In this document: positions 19,986-29,603 of the stretch, in pieces
Layout: every line of letters begins with the position of its first letter
Numbering within the stretch: the first letter of the stretch is position 1
Assembly: GCA_963662355.1 (NCBI GenBank)
Contig: OY759361.1
Coordinates: forward strand, 456,031-520,030
Source of the DNA: Gammaproteobacteria bacterium
Lineage (GTDB): Bacteria > Pseudomonadota > Gammaproteobacteria > UBA4575
Reading direction: 5' to 3'
DNA length: 64,000 nt
Program-made: the position numbers and the translations under genes
Notes under the pieces: generated by a model
Told to the model about the DNA's origin: nothing
Database searches by the model: none
The model's input: the letters and a program-made list of their open reading frames with translations, nothing else

Positions 19986-20444
19986 TCATTGGGAAAACAA
20001 TCCAGCACTAAGTAGCTGCAATCCAAATCCGATAATTAGGAAAATGAGGCCGAGAATACTGATCCAGAAAGAGGTTGAGGCAAGACGTTCGTCCTGATCT
20101 GCACTATTGCCAAGAATTCTTGTAATTTTAGTCACGTGCTCAGCTAGCCCGTTGACTGCAGAAGATATTTCCCTCAGACCGCCAAGAGCATGTTGGGCGT
20201 TGTATGATGTCTCATCTTCCATGTGATATCGAGAATAGGAACTCTCTGGAATCCACTCGGATTGCTTCATTATTTCATTCGCCCATGATTCGATACCACC
20301 ATAATCCTCTTCGATTTCATCAAACATTGCTCGACCCTTTCTTGCTCGTTCTCGAGTTGCCCGTTGAAATCGAATTAGATCAATGACCAATAAAGTGACA
20401 CCAATAACATCGAAAATTAAGCCCCAGATGGTGAAGTAGTACAT
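19986..20444 (-). CDS. Hypothetical protein with two TM helices flanking a helical region
   Basis: Hydrophobic N- and C-terminal segments; directly downstream of the R-M gene. Confidence 0.65.
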   Translation of the reverse strand: MYYFTIWGLIFDVIGVTLLVIDLIRFQRATRERARKGRAMFDEIEEDYGGIESWANEIMKQSEWIPESSYSRYHMEDETSYNAQHALGGLREISSAVNGLAEHVTKITRILGNSADQDERLASTSFWISILGLIFLIIGFGLQLLSAGLFSQ

Positions 20445-20490
20445 CAATTTTTTCTCGATCTTCCTTTCACGATTGACGCAGTGCAAGCCA

Positions 20491-23310
20491 TTACCGGCGG
20501 CTCTTTCGATTCTTCCGGCGTTTTTTCTTATTCGTTGCAGTGGTTAACGGTAGAGACATCCTCTCATAAAGTGTGAACAGGTACTCGACACGAGTGCGCT
20601 CGCTGGAAAATCCGCCACGTCGATAAAGACGATCAATCGCACGGTCGAGCGCCTGATGCGCTTTACGGAGATTCGGAGGCATCAAATCGGGGTCATAGAG
20701 ATTCGCAAGAGTGGCATTTGGATGAGCTTCGCGTGCATCGAGTACGGCCTGCCCCAGTGGTTCCAGTCTCGACAGGTCCGAGTCCTTGTCCGGCATCGGG
20801 TAGGTGTTATAGACGAGACCGATGGAGTAACGGTAGCGGCTTTCCAACCGTCCGCCGATATGTCGCAGCCAGGCCATATGCATCGCCGAGGTCAGTAGCG
20901 CGAAGTCCGTCAAGGTCGCATTCGCTAAAATCCTTACAAGGTTACTTGGGATGACGGGTGGCTTCAGCCACCCGATGGGCGCGTACTCCCGCCGCTCCGA
21001 GCTTACTTCGGGAATGACAAGAAACGGTGCATCAGGGATTACATTCACATGGTAGAGCGTTGGTGTTTTCGCAAGTTCCTGAGTCGGCTCACTTATACTT
21101 TCCTCACGATATGCTCGCACAGCAGCAATACGTTCTCGCACATGCGACAACCGCCCCAATACGTCGGGCGGCGTATCATGCAGAGCGAGAATCCACCGCT
21201 CGCCACCCTGCAAGTATTCGCGTGCCCCGACGAACGGTCGAAACCACTGCGCGGCTTCAGGTTCTGCTTCCAGAAACGCAGCGCGTTCCGCTACATCGAA
21301 AATGTAATTTCCGCCGTCGATGGGCTTTGAGCCTATTATTAATCTTTCCATCCCGTTGATCGGCGCACTTTCTTCTCTCACCACCAAATGAGGGTCCGAT
21401 AACCCACCAGCGTCGAACAGATACGGGGACAGCACTGTATGGCGGGTCTCTTCCGGCTCACCGTTGATATCGGGATAGCTGAATAGACGCTTCTTAGGTC
21501 GCACTACCTCCCTTCGATCGAGGCCGAGAATAACCACATGCACATGTGCTTTGCCCCGTACATCCGATCCCCAGGCGAACGTACGATGCGCGAACGCGAT
21601 CTCCAGCTTGCAGCGCTCGAACAGGATCGGCCAGAGTTGCGCCACCTGCTCGCCCGCTGTTATCGAGTTGGTCGCAACGAAGCCGATTCGGGCATCGCTG
21701 TCCTGCACATACTCTCCCGCCTTGATGTACCATGCGGCAACGTAATCCAGTGTGCCGCCGCTCCTGCCAAGTGCCGCGATCCTACGTACCTGCGCACGCT
21801 GAGTCGCTGTCTGGAACTTCGCACCTTTGAATGGCGGGTTGCCGAAGACGAAGGAACAGTTCTCCGGTGGCAGCAATTCAGACCATTCCGTTTCCAGTGC
21901 ATCACCGTGGATGATGTGTGGTGACTTCGCAAGCGGGATACGTGCATAGGACTGGCCGAAATCAAGGCTCAGCCGGTTGTTCATGATGTGGTCCATCATC
22001 CACAGTGCGGTCTCCGCAATGCGCGCCGGGAATTCGCCGAGTTCAATCCCGAAAAACTGATTGACATCGATGCAGGACAGCTGGTCTGAAGGAAGGTAGG
22101 AACCACCCTTCAAGTGCCTCATGCGAGCCAAGAATTTTTGGTGGATTTCCTTCAGGACCTCAATTTCAAGTTCACGCAACTCCCGATAAGCGATGATGAG
22201 GAAGTTGCCACAGCCACATGCCGGGTCGAAGAACATCATGCTGCCAAGTTTTTTCTGAAACCGCCGAAGCTCGGCCTGGCGCCGACTGTCCTTGCGAGAC
22301 TTCAGCCGCTCGAACTCGGCGCGCAAATCGTCCATAAACAGCGGCTCGATCACCTTGAGGATGTTCTTCTCGGTCGTATAGTGTGCGCCTTGGGCACGGC
22401 GTTCCTTCGAATCCATCACCGATTGGAACAACGCTCCGAAGATTGCAGGAGAGATGTTTGACCAGTCGAAACGGCAGGCATCCAACAGCAATTCACGCAT
22501 GACCGCATCAAAGGATGGGATGTGCAGCGGTCCATGGAACAAGTCACCGTTGACATAGGGGAATCGGGCAAGGTCTTCATCCAGGGTTGCCGTACGGACA
22601 TCCTCAGTTGTATCCAGCACCTGAAATAATTGGGCCAGCCACGGTCCAAGATCAGCACCGTCCTCACTCGTACGCGTCTCGATGAAGTCAAGGAAAATGT
22701 CACGCGGCTCGAAAACGCCCGTGTCATCGGCAAACAGGCAGAAGACGATCCGCACCAGAAAGCGTTCCAGATCATGACCTTGGTAGCCTGTTGCAGCCAG
22801 TGCATCATGCAACCGTCCAACCAGTTCCGCAGCCTTGATATTGGCCGGATTCTGGTCACGAAAGGTACGGCGTTGTACACCCATGATAAAAGCGAAGCTT
22901 TCCACATGGGCAGGTAGCTCTGCGAGCTTGAAATTTACTTGCCTTCGCTCATCCAGATCATGAAGCTCAAAGGACTGGAAATCGCTTGCCAAGACGTAGC
23001 GAGGGCGTTCGTGCTCAGGCAGTGCGTCAAAATATTCTCCAGCCTGCCCATACGCCTTTTTCAAATCTCGTCCGGCGCTCTTCTGCTCGACAATGAGAAC
23101 CCCGGGCCAGAATAGATCAATAAAGCCGGAAGTGTCGTCCAGTTTCTTTACATGCTCTTCATAGCGAGCAACGCTTCTCCGACGTACTCCAAATACTTCA
23201 AAAAATTCATTGTAGAAACTTTGCGCCTCACCTTTCTCATATGATGCATCCTGCCATTCATTGGCGAAAGCTGCCGCACGAACTCTAACCTCATTCCATG
23301 ACAATCGCAT
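20491..23310 (-). CDS. MmeI/YeeA-like fused restriction-modification enzyme (N6-adenine MTase)
   Basis: N-terminal nuclease-like motif IDLFWPGVLIVEQKS; GAHYT; DPACGCGNFL; GNPPF; C-terminal target recognition region. Confidence 0.9.
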   Translation of the reverse strand: MRLSWNEVRVRAAAFANEWQDASYEKGEAQSFYNEFFEVFGVRRRSVARYEEHVKKLDDTSGFIDLFWPGVLIVEQKSAGRDLKKAYGQAGEYFDALPEHERPRYVLASDFQSFELHDLDERRQVNFKLAELPAHVESFAFIMGVQRRTFRDQNPANIKAAELVGRLHDALAATGYQGHDLERFLVRIVFCLFADDTGVFEPRDIFLDFIETRTSEDGADLGPWLAQLFQVLDTTEDVRTATLDEDLARFPYVNGDLFHGPLHIPSFDAVMRELLLDACRFDWSNISPAIFGALFQSVMDSKERRAQGAHYTTEKNILKVIEPLFMDDLRAEFERLKSRKDSRRQAELRRFQKKLGSMMFFDPACGCGNFLIIAYRELRELEIEVLKEIHQKFLARMRHLKGGSYLPSDQLSCIDVNQFFGIELGEFPARIAETALWMMDHIMNNRLSLDFGQSYARIPLAKSPHIIHGDALETEWSELLPPENCSFVFGNPPFKGAKFQTATQRAQVRRIAALGRSGGTLDYVAAWYIKAGEYVQDSDARIGFVATNSITAGEQVAQLWPILFERCKLEIAFAHRTFAWGSDVRGKAHVHVVILGLDRREVVRPKKRLFSYPDINGEPEETRHTVLSPYLFDAGGLSDPHLVVREESAPINGMERLIIGSKPIDGGNYIFDVAERAAFLEAEPEAAQWFRPFVGAREYLQGGERWILALHDTPPDVLGRLSHVRERIAAVRAYREESISEPTQELAKTPTLYHVNVIPDAPFLVIPEVSSERREYAPIGWLKPPVIPSNLVRILANATLTDFALLTSAMHMAWLRHIGGRLESRYRYSIGLVYNTYPMPDKDSDLSRLEPLGQAVLDAREAHPNATLANLYDPDLMPPNLRKAHQALDRAIDRLYRRGGFSSERTRVEYLFTLYERMSLPLTTATNKKKRRKNRKSRR

Positions 23311-23532
23311 CAGGCAGAGCTCTCCTGCTCACACAGTATGAGTGACGGTTCGTGAGTTAGTAGGTTACTCATTAAAGAACTTTGGCTATTACACCCGAAG
23401 CTAGGATACGCGATGTTGGAAGGTGTTTCAGTTTAGAAATTACTACAATTCTTGAAACGGTTTCCTGTGGTATGTGCCTGACGTCTTATGCAGTCTTGTG
23501 CCTTCGAATCATGCATCAGGAGAAGAAGGACC

Positions 23533-23784
23533 ATGCAAGATATACAAAGTCCCAATGCAATCACATTAGAAAATCAATTGACTGAACGCTTCGGGCTGTT
23601 GCTCTCGCAAACGCAGCTGGCCCAACTGCTCGGGCGCACCACCGGCGGGCTGCGCTATAGCCTGAGTTATCCAAGTGATACCCAAACCCGCGCCCTGAAA
23701 GCCTGCGGGCGAAAGATCGGCCGACGCGTATATTACCCGGCTGCAGAAGTCGCCCAGATCATCCTTGGACCCAACGGAGGATGA
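23533..23784 (+). CDS. Small HTH DNA-binding protein (excisionase/AlpA-like)
   Basis: 'LLLSQTQLAQLLGRT...RKIGRRVYY'; RBS AAGGA. Confidence 0.7.
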   Translation: MQDIQSPNAITLENQLTERFGLLLSQTQLAQLLGRTTGGLRYSLSYPSDTQTRALKACGRKIGRRVYYPAAEVAQIILGPNGG

Positions 23785-23812
23785 GATCTACAAGTAGCTG
23801 CAGTCTGTACTT

Positions 23813-24610
23813 GTGAGCATCAGTGCCCGGGACTGGGCCCTTGCCCAGACCTTGGCGCCAGGGCCTAAGTTCGTCCTGGTGGTGCTGGCCGATGCTGCCG
23901 ATGACCAGGGTGTGTGCTGGCCAAGGATTTCCACGGTTGCAGAGAAGGTCGGGGTATCCTCCCGCACCGTGCAGCGCGCCATCCAGTATTTGGTGCAGCG
24001 AAAGTTGGTCGTGGTCGAGCCTAGGCTGCGCAATGACGGCTCGAGTTCCTCGAACCGGTACCGCCTAAGGTTGAATGCGGGTGACAGATTGACACCACCT
24101 CCTGTCATGCCTGTCACCCACCCACGACACCGGTGTCAGGGGGAGGGTGACACGGGTGTCACCCCTTTAACCGAAAGAAGAACAGAAAGAGAACCACCAC
24201 CACGCAAGCCCGTGCCAAAAGTTGAACCCAAAGCACCGGACCGTGGTGGTGGGAAGATCATTGATTTGCATTACCCGAAGGACCTGGCGCCCTCGGAAAG
24301 GGTTCGGGCTGAAGGGATGATCGGTGCACTGAACCCTCCGCTTAATCAGCAGGTGCTGGACGAATGGGCCGGAATCATCAAGGCAGGCGGCATACGCGCC
24401 TCGCCACTGGGTTGCCTTCGCGCATTGATCAAACGTGCCCAGGAAGGCAAATTTACACCGGAGCGAGGCCATCGTATCGCACAGGCGCGCCAGGCAGACC
24501 GAAGGGTTCAAGCCCAAGCAGCGAAGCTGCCAGAGCTTGCGCCCGTGGATGAAAGCAGTCCACTGGTGCGCCGTATACAGCGGATGGCCCAGCGCCAGGG
24601 CAAGGGATAG
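23813..24610 (+). CDS. HTH-containing replication-initiator-like protein
   Basis: N-terminal 'KFVLVVLADAAD..GVCWP.ISTVAEKVGVSSRTVQRAI'; C-terminal 'QQVLDEW...PLGCLRALIKRA.EG.FTP' resembles ICE Rep proteins. Confidence 0.7.
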   Translation: MSISARDWALAQTLAPGPKFVLVVLADAADDQGVCWPRISTVAEKVGVSSRTVQRAIQYLVQRKLVVVEPRLRNDGSSSSNRYRLRLNAGDRLTPPPVMPVTHPRHRCQGEGDTGVTPLTERRTEREPPPRKPVPKVEPKAPDRGGGKIIDLHYPKDLAPSERVRAEGMIGALNPPLNQQVLDEWAGIIKAGGIRASPLGCLRALIKRAQEGKFTPERGHRIAQARQADRRVQAQAAKLPELAPVDESSPLVRRIQRMAQRQGKG

Positions 24611-24896
24611 CCCGGCACACTGGAGACGGCGTATCTTCCGAGGCTCCAAACTGGCTGCACGAGATCTGACAACACTGGGGAGTCTGCCAGGCGACTGTAC
24701 GCCAGGAGGTCTTTTCTCCAAGCTGGATGTCCACGCACGAGCCCCGCGTCACTACCAAAGAGCGTAGCAAACGCGGTAGTGACGCGGCCACCTGCAGGGC
24801 TCAGAGGCTGACAGCACCGTACTGTGCGTTTTCGGGGTGCGAATGCCCCGCGAATTACGGCGTCGTAATGTTAGCCAAATGATAAGAAGATTTTCC

Positions 24897-24924
24897 GTGA
24901 CAGGATTGCACCGGATGGTATACT
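24897..24924 (+). promoter_or_regulatory. Sigma70-like promoter with extended -10
   Basis: GTGACA-N16-TATACT with TG at 24916-24917. Confidence 0.55.
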
Positions 24925-24930
24925 CACCGT

Positions 24931-25472
24931 AACGATTTTGTACCGGCGCCATGGCGGTATATCCATGGCAAAGAGGCACCTCCGGATCGTGTAACAGGTG
25001 CATCAGCCGCAAGGCTGCGATCCATCTTCAATACAGTCTGTATAGTTATACAGGCATTCGGAACCAGGCCCCTTGGGGTCGGTCCTGATCTTTAATACCA
25101 GGCTTCCTGCCTACGACACGTGCGGGGTATCCCTGTGCGCGTCACCCAAAACACTGTGTGCATGGCACATCGCCCGGACCTCTTGGTCAGGCGTTCGCTG
25201 TGCTGTACACCCGGCCATTTGTTTCAACCCCGTGGAGCGTATCCACGTAACTTCAAAATTAAGGAGGTGTAACCATCTTTAAGCATCGCCCCTTATGGGG
25301 CATCGGTACTGGCACAGGGCCACTCTTCAACTGAAGAGGACCTGTGCGGCCTTGACTGAGGCCCGACCAAGTCATTACGGGAGTCGTGTCCCATGAGCGT
25401 ATTCGCGCAAGCAAACCTGTACCGCCAAGGCGGCCAGGGGCTCAGAAACACTAACCAGACAAGAGAACACGT
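24931..25472 (+). ncRNA. Putative long structured leader or ncRNA upstream of the atypical recombinase
   Basis: A dozen or more consecutive stem-loops, GU pairs favouring the + strand, a GCAA tetraloop; no credible ORF. Confidence 0.5.
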
Positions 25473-26339
25473 ATGAAGACTTTGAACCACAACCTGAAAC
25501 AGCTCTGCAGGCACTGCCGGGAAGGCAGCTATGCCACGCAGAGAAACAGGGAACGGATCCTGACCCAGGCTGCGAATGAACTGCATGCGATGGGCTACCG
25601 GAAGATGCAGGCCAAATCGCTCAAACCGAAACACATCGAGGCCCTGGTCCAGCACTGGCAGGAAAGAGAGTTGTCCATTGGAACCATAAAGAACCGGATG
25701 GCCACCCTGCGCTGGTGGGCTGAGAAGGTCAACAAGCAGAACGTCATGGCCAAATCGAATGAACATTATGGTATCCCGGATAGAAGGTTCGTCACCAATG
25801 AAAGCAAGGCCAGGGACCTCACCGAAACCCAGCTTGACAAGGTGAAGGACGTCCACGTGCGCATGAGTCTGGAACTGCAGCGGGCCTTTGGTCTGCGACG
25901 CGAGGAGGCGATGAAATTTATGCCCAGTTATGCCGACCAAGGCGATTACATCCAACTGAAAGCGAGCTGGACGAAGGGGGGCAAGCCCAGGGCTATCCCC
26001 GTTCAAACAGAACACCAGAGAGCTGTCCTGGACAAGGCACGAGAACTTGCCGGCTTCGGCTCACTGATCCCGCCGCATCGAAGTTACGTGCAGCAACTGA
26101 GAGTCTACGAGGGCAATACCACAAGGGCCGGACTCTCAAACATGCACGGGCTTCGCCATGCCTATGCCCAGGACCGCTACGAGGAACTGACCGGCTGGAA
26201 GTGTCCGGCCACCGGAGGGCCAGATAGACGATCACTCACTCCGGAGCAACGGGAACTGGACAGAGAAGCTCGGCTCATCATCAGCCAGGAACTGGGGCAT
26301 GAAAGGGAACAAGTGACGGCAGCTTATCTTGGGCGGTGA
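25473..26339 (+). CDS. Atypical tyrosine recombinase (probably Phage_int_SAM_2 + Integrase_1 type)
   Basis: Catalytic set intact: GLRREEA, TKGG, HGLRH, ELGH and AAYLG. Confidence 0.88.
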   Translation: MKTLNHNLKQLCRHCREGSYATQRNRERILTQAANELHAMGYRKMQAKSLKPKHIEALVQHWQERELSIGTIKNRMATLRWWAEKVNKQNVMAKSNEHYGIPDRRFVTNESKARDLTETQLDKVKDVHVRMSLELQRAFGLRREEAMKFMPSYADQGDYIQLKASWTKGGKPRAIPVQTEHQRAVLDKARELAGFGSLIPPHRSYVQQLRVYEGNTTRAGLSNMHGLRHAYAQDRYEELTGWKCPATGGPDRRSLTPEQRELDREARLIISQELGHEREQVTAAYLGR

Positions 26340-26560
26340 TGTTATGTTACAAAGCCGCGATCTATAGCAAAAGAATTGTGTAGTAGAATGTGTACTCATT
26401 CCTACCAAACGCCGCTACGAAGAGCATGCGTTATAAACTAGTTATTATGTGATCCAAGGTAGAATCGGTCGTTCTAACTACTCAAACAAAATATGCTGAA
26501 CTATCTAAAAATTAAGCGCAGTCTGCTAAACAAACACAGAAAACAGGTCTGCAGAGGGTA

Positions 26561-27661
26561 ATGGCACCGGTTTGTTATCACGATGGGAAATTTCCACCCG
26601 TCAGGCAACTTGATTGGGAGGAACTGGTTCCGCTTATTGGTCCTGCATCTGCAGCTATTGCACGTTATGACGGAATGCTTGCTGCTATTCCGAATCCTGA
26701 AATTTTGTTATCGCCTTTGTCCACCCAAGAGGCAGTGCTTTCATCGAAAATAGAAGGTACACAAACTACTGTAGAAGAGGTATTAGAATTTGAAGCTGGC
26801 AAGACACCTGACACACCTGCTCGGCGTGAAGACTTTAATGAAGTGCTTAATTATCGTCACGCCATAAAACATGCTGAAGAGATGTTGAAAAATTTGCCGC
26901 TATCCGGGCGTGTAATACGCGATACACATTCTGTTTTGCTTTCAGGAGTACGTGGTGAAGGAAGAGCACCAGGCGAGTATAGGAGAATTCCCAATTGGAT
27001 TGGTCCACCTGGTTGCACCATCGAGAATGCTAGATTTGTTCCCATCGGGGCCGACAAACTTCTAGGTGCAATGAGTTCATGGGAGAATTTCTTACATGCG
27101 AAATCTCCCGACCTGCTTATACAACTTGCTATCCTGCATGCTGAATTTGAGGCATTACACCCCTTCTTGGACGGCAATGGTCGCTTAGGGCGTATGTTGA
27201 TACCGCTGTTTCTGTGGCAATACAGCCTCATACGGAAGCCTACGTTTTATATCAGCGCCTACTTCGACGCTAACCGTGAGGCTTACTATGAAAAGCTACT
27301 GGCTGTCTCCAGAGACGACGACTGGACTGGTTGGTGCAAATTTTTTCTCGCGGCAGTACAAGCCCAAGCTGAAAATAACTTGAGCAAAACTCATGACATA
27401 CTTACGTTGTACGAAAATATGAAAGAACAGATAGTGAACATGACACACTCACAGTACGCAATGCGTACACTGGATTGGTTATTTGAAAGGCCAATCTTTA
27501 GATCCTCTTATTTTGTGAAAAATGCAGGCATCCCACCAGCTACAGCAAGGCGACTTTTGAAGGTTCTGCAAAAAGAGGAGGTATTGCAAGTAATCGTACC
27601 GGGAAAAGGCCGACAGTCCACTTTATTTGCTTACATAGACCTCCTGAGTACTGCAAGATAG
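26561..27661 (+). CDS. Fic-family protein
   Basis: HPFLDGNGRLGR motif; inhibitory SSKIEG motif. Confidence 0.93.
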   Translation: MAPVCYHDGKFPPVRQLDWEELVPLIGPASAAIARYDGMLAAIPNPEILLSPLSTQEAVLSSKIEGTQTTVEEVLEFEAGKTPDTPARREDFNEVLNYRHAIKHAEEMLKNLPLSGRVIRDTHSVLLSGVRGEGRAPGEYRRIPNWIGPPGCTIENARFVPIGADKLLGAMSSWENFLHAKSPDLLIQLAILHAEFEALHPFLDGNGRLGRMLIPLFLWQYSLIRKPTFYISAYFDANREAYYEKLLAVSRDDDWTGWCKFFLAAVQAQAENNLSKTHDILTLYENMKEQIVNMTHSQYAMRTLDWLFERPIFRSSYFVKNAGIPPATARRLLKVLQKEEVLQVIVPGKGRQSTLFAYIDLLSTAR

Positions 27662-27743
27662 GATAGATTTTGTAACTCACGAATGATCCACAAAAAAATT
27701 TGTTGATCATATCAACTAATAAATGAGCTACAAAAGCGGGCGA

Positions 27744-29459
27744 TCAGGCTTTAAGAAGAATGGATACAACTTCTTTGACTGAGTCTCTGATACGTCCAGC
27801 CAATTCTTGAAAATGTTTGCGGAGTGTGCCGTAGTTCTTCCTTGCATTTGAAACCGCTTCCTGCTTCCCTTTAGTGTTGCTATGGGCTTTGACTAAAACT
27901 CGAAGTCCATGAAGTTCCTTCAATGGACTGACCAAGTTTTTGGCCTGCTCCTCTGTATATTCCGTGATGGAAAGTATGACCTCAAGAAGCTTCAGTGACC
28001 GCCAGTCCTTCTCAAAGGTACCATCATTGGCTTTGATGATGGATCTGAATTCCCTGGTAAAAAAGCCTTCGATTACCAACTGATCAAGTGCAAGGATTGC
28101 ATCAGCCCATTCTTTAGGGGAGTCTGTTGCTGGACAGAGCACGTCCTCGACCAATGCCCCACCACGTGGTTGCCACCAGGCTGGCGGATCGTGATCCAGC
28201 GATTGGACGTGCCACTTCAACTCGGCAAGCGGATCATCTTCTGTTGAGAGTTCACCAAGAATGTCCGTTTGATAGGCTCGCTTAGAAATACTGCCTTTTG
28301 GCCACTCATTGAATGATTTCCAATAGGATTGTTCCTCGCACGGCAGTGTCGCTAGATAGCCGATGTACGTATGAACTTGCCCAGCCTCGTTAATGTCATA
28401 GGATTTCAGGTACCAGGCACCCCGACAGCTGATACTGCGGTCATGGACCGTGTACTTCTCAGGGTCCTGCTTGTACTTGTTCAGGACCTCTGGCCGAAAG
28501 AATGCGGGGGAAATCTCCCATGGCAAATCTGACTTTGTAAAATAGTTAGCGATGTGATCCGGCCCGCAGGAGCTCTCCACAAGGCAGTTATTTTTCCGGT
28601 CATAGATTTTGAAAGAGGCATACTGCTTGGTGCTGGTATCCTCCTCTGCCTTCCACTCCTTGATCAAGTCATCCTCGGTCAAGTCCGTATGAAGGATGAT
28701 GTGACCATTTGCATAGCTTGCATGGTTAGAGATTACACAGGACCAATAGAAGAGGTCTCGGGCTTGAAAAGTCTGTGGATCTTGTCCATCCCAACCTGAG
28801 AAGTTTCCCGGGATATACCTGGTAAAGTCAAACTTACTCACAAGGGATGTATTGCTAAGTGCCATGTATGTCGCTAGGTCACGTCCACGGATAGTAACTG
28901 CTTGCACGCGCTGCCAAGGATCAGAGTGCTCGTCGTCATATACAGAGATCACAGATTCGATATCGCCATAATTGTCGAGACGGCAATAGGCATGCCTTTC
29001 ATCCATATAGTAAAGATCAAGCACATGCACGAGTTTCTGACTGATCTCTATAGTTGACGAGTATTCTTTGACACCCTCAAAGCTGCGCAGATAGATAAGT
29101 TTTTCTGCACCAGCTAATGTCTTACAGCGAGGATCACAGAGAGGGGGCTCAAGGTAGACCCGATGGCCTGTACCACCCCCGTATGCTCTTTGAATGCACC
29201 AGGTATCGGAAAGCATCAAGTCTGCGCCACTGAGGTCGTCATGATCCGGCGGATCAACAGCGACACACGGCACAAGAACAGAATGCACATAAAGATGTGG
29301 ACCAGAAGCGTACAGAATGATTTCCTCATTCCTTTCACAAATCTGCCTAAAGAGTTGAACGCTCTGTTCGGCATTTTCAAGCCAATCCTGAATATCTGTA
29401 TTTGGCACACTGGCAAGATTCAAAAAAGATTGCAGAATTTTTGAATCCACCCCATTCAT
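27744..29459 (-). CDS. Hypothetical 571-aa protein with a possible C-terminal HEPN motif
   Basis: Long intact ORF; C-terminal helical region with LHGLRVLVKAH (R-x5-H). Confidence 0.7.
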   Translation of the reverse strand: MNGVDSKILQSFLNLASVPNTDIQDWLENAEQSVQLFRQICERNEEIILYASGPHLYVHSVLVPCVAVDPPDHDDLSGADLMLSDTWCIQRAYGGGTGHRVYLEPPLCDPRCKTLAGAEKLIYLRSFEGVKEYSSTIEISQKLVHVLDLYYMDERHAYCRLDNYGDIESVISVYDDEHSDPWQRVQAVTIRGRDLATYMALSNTSLVSKFDFTRYIPGNFSGWDGQDPQTFQARDLFYWSCVISNHASYANGHIILHTDLTEDDLIKEWKAEEDTSTKQYASFKIYDRKNNCLVESSCGPDHIANYFTKSDLPWEISPAFFRPEVLNKYKQDPEKYTVHDRSISCRGAWYLKSYDINEAGQVHTYIGYLATLPCEEQSYWKSFNEWPKGSISKRAYQTDILGELSTEDDPLAELKWHVQSLDHDPPAWWQPRGGALVEDVLCPATDSPKEWADAILALDQLVIEGFFTREFRSIIKANDGTFEKDWRSLKLLEVILSITEYTEEQAKNLVSPLKELHGLRVLVKAHSNTKGKQEAVSNARKNYGTLRKHFQELAGRIRDSVKEVVSILLKA

Positions 29460-29603
29460 CCCTATTTCGTACCATTCTCACTTTCTCTGGCTCGTAAGCT
29501 CTGGTGTACTGAGCACAGCATCACTGTAAATTGCTTGTAAATACCCTTTTTATAGCTCCTGCACCGCAGCCGCATCATTGTCACCTGAGTGGCAGATCAC
29601 CGT

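Noticed and set aside
25261-25272. Strong Shine-Dalgarno AAGGAGGT inside the structured leader
   Set aside because: No properly spaced start codon follows (GTG-TAA overlaps it), so no leader peptide is called.
27671-27732. Imperfect inverted repeat after fic, considered as an integron attC site
   Set aside because: It lacks RYYYAAC/GTTRRRY ends and no integron integrase is present; more likely a terminator or operator between convergent genes.
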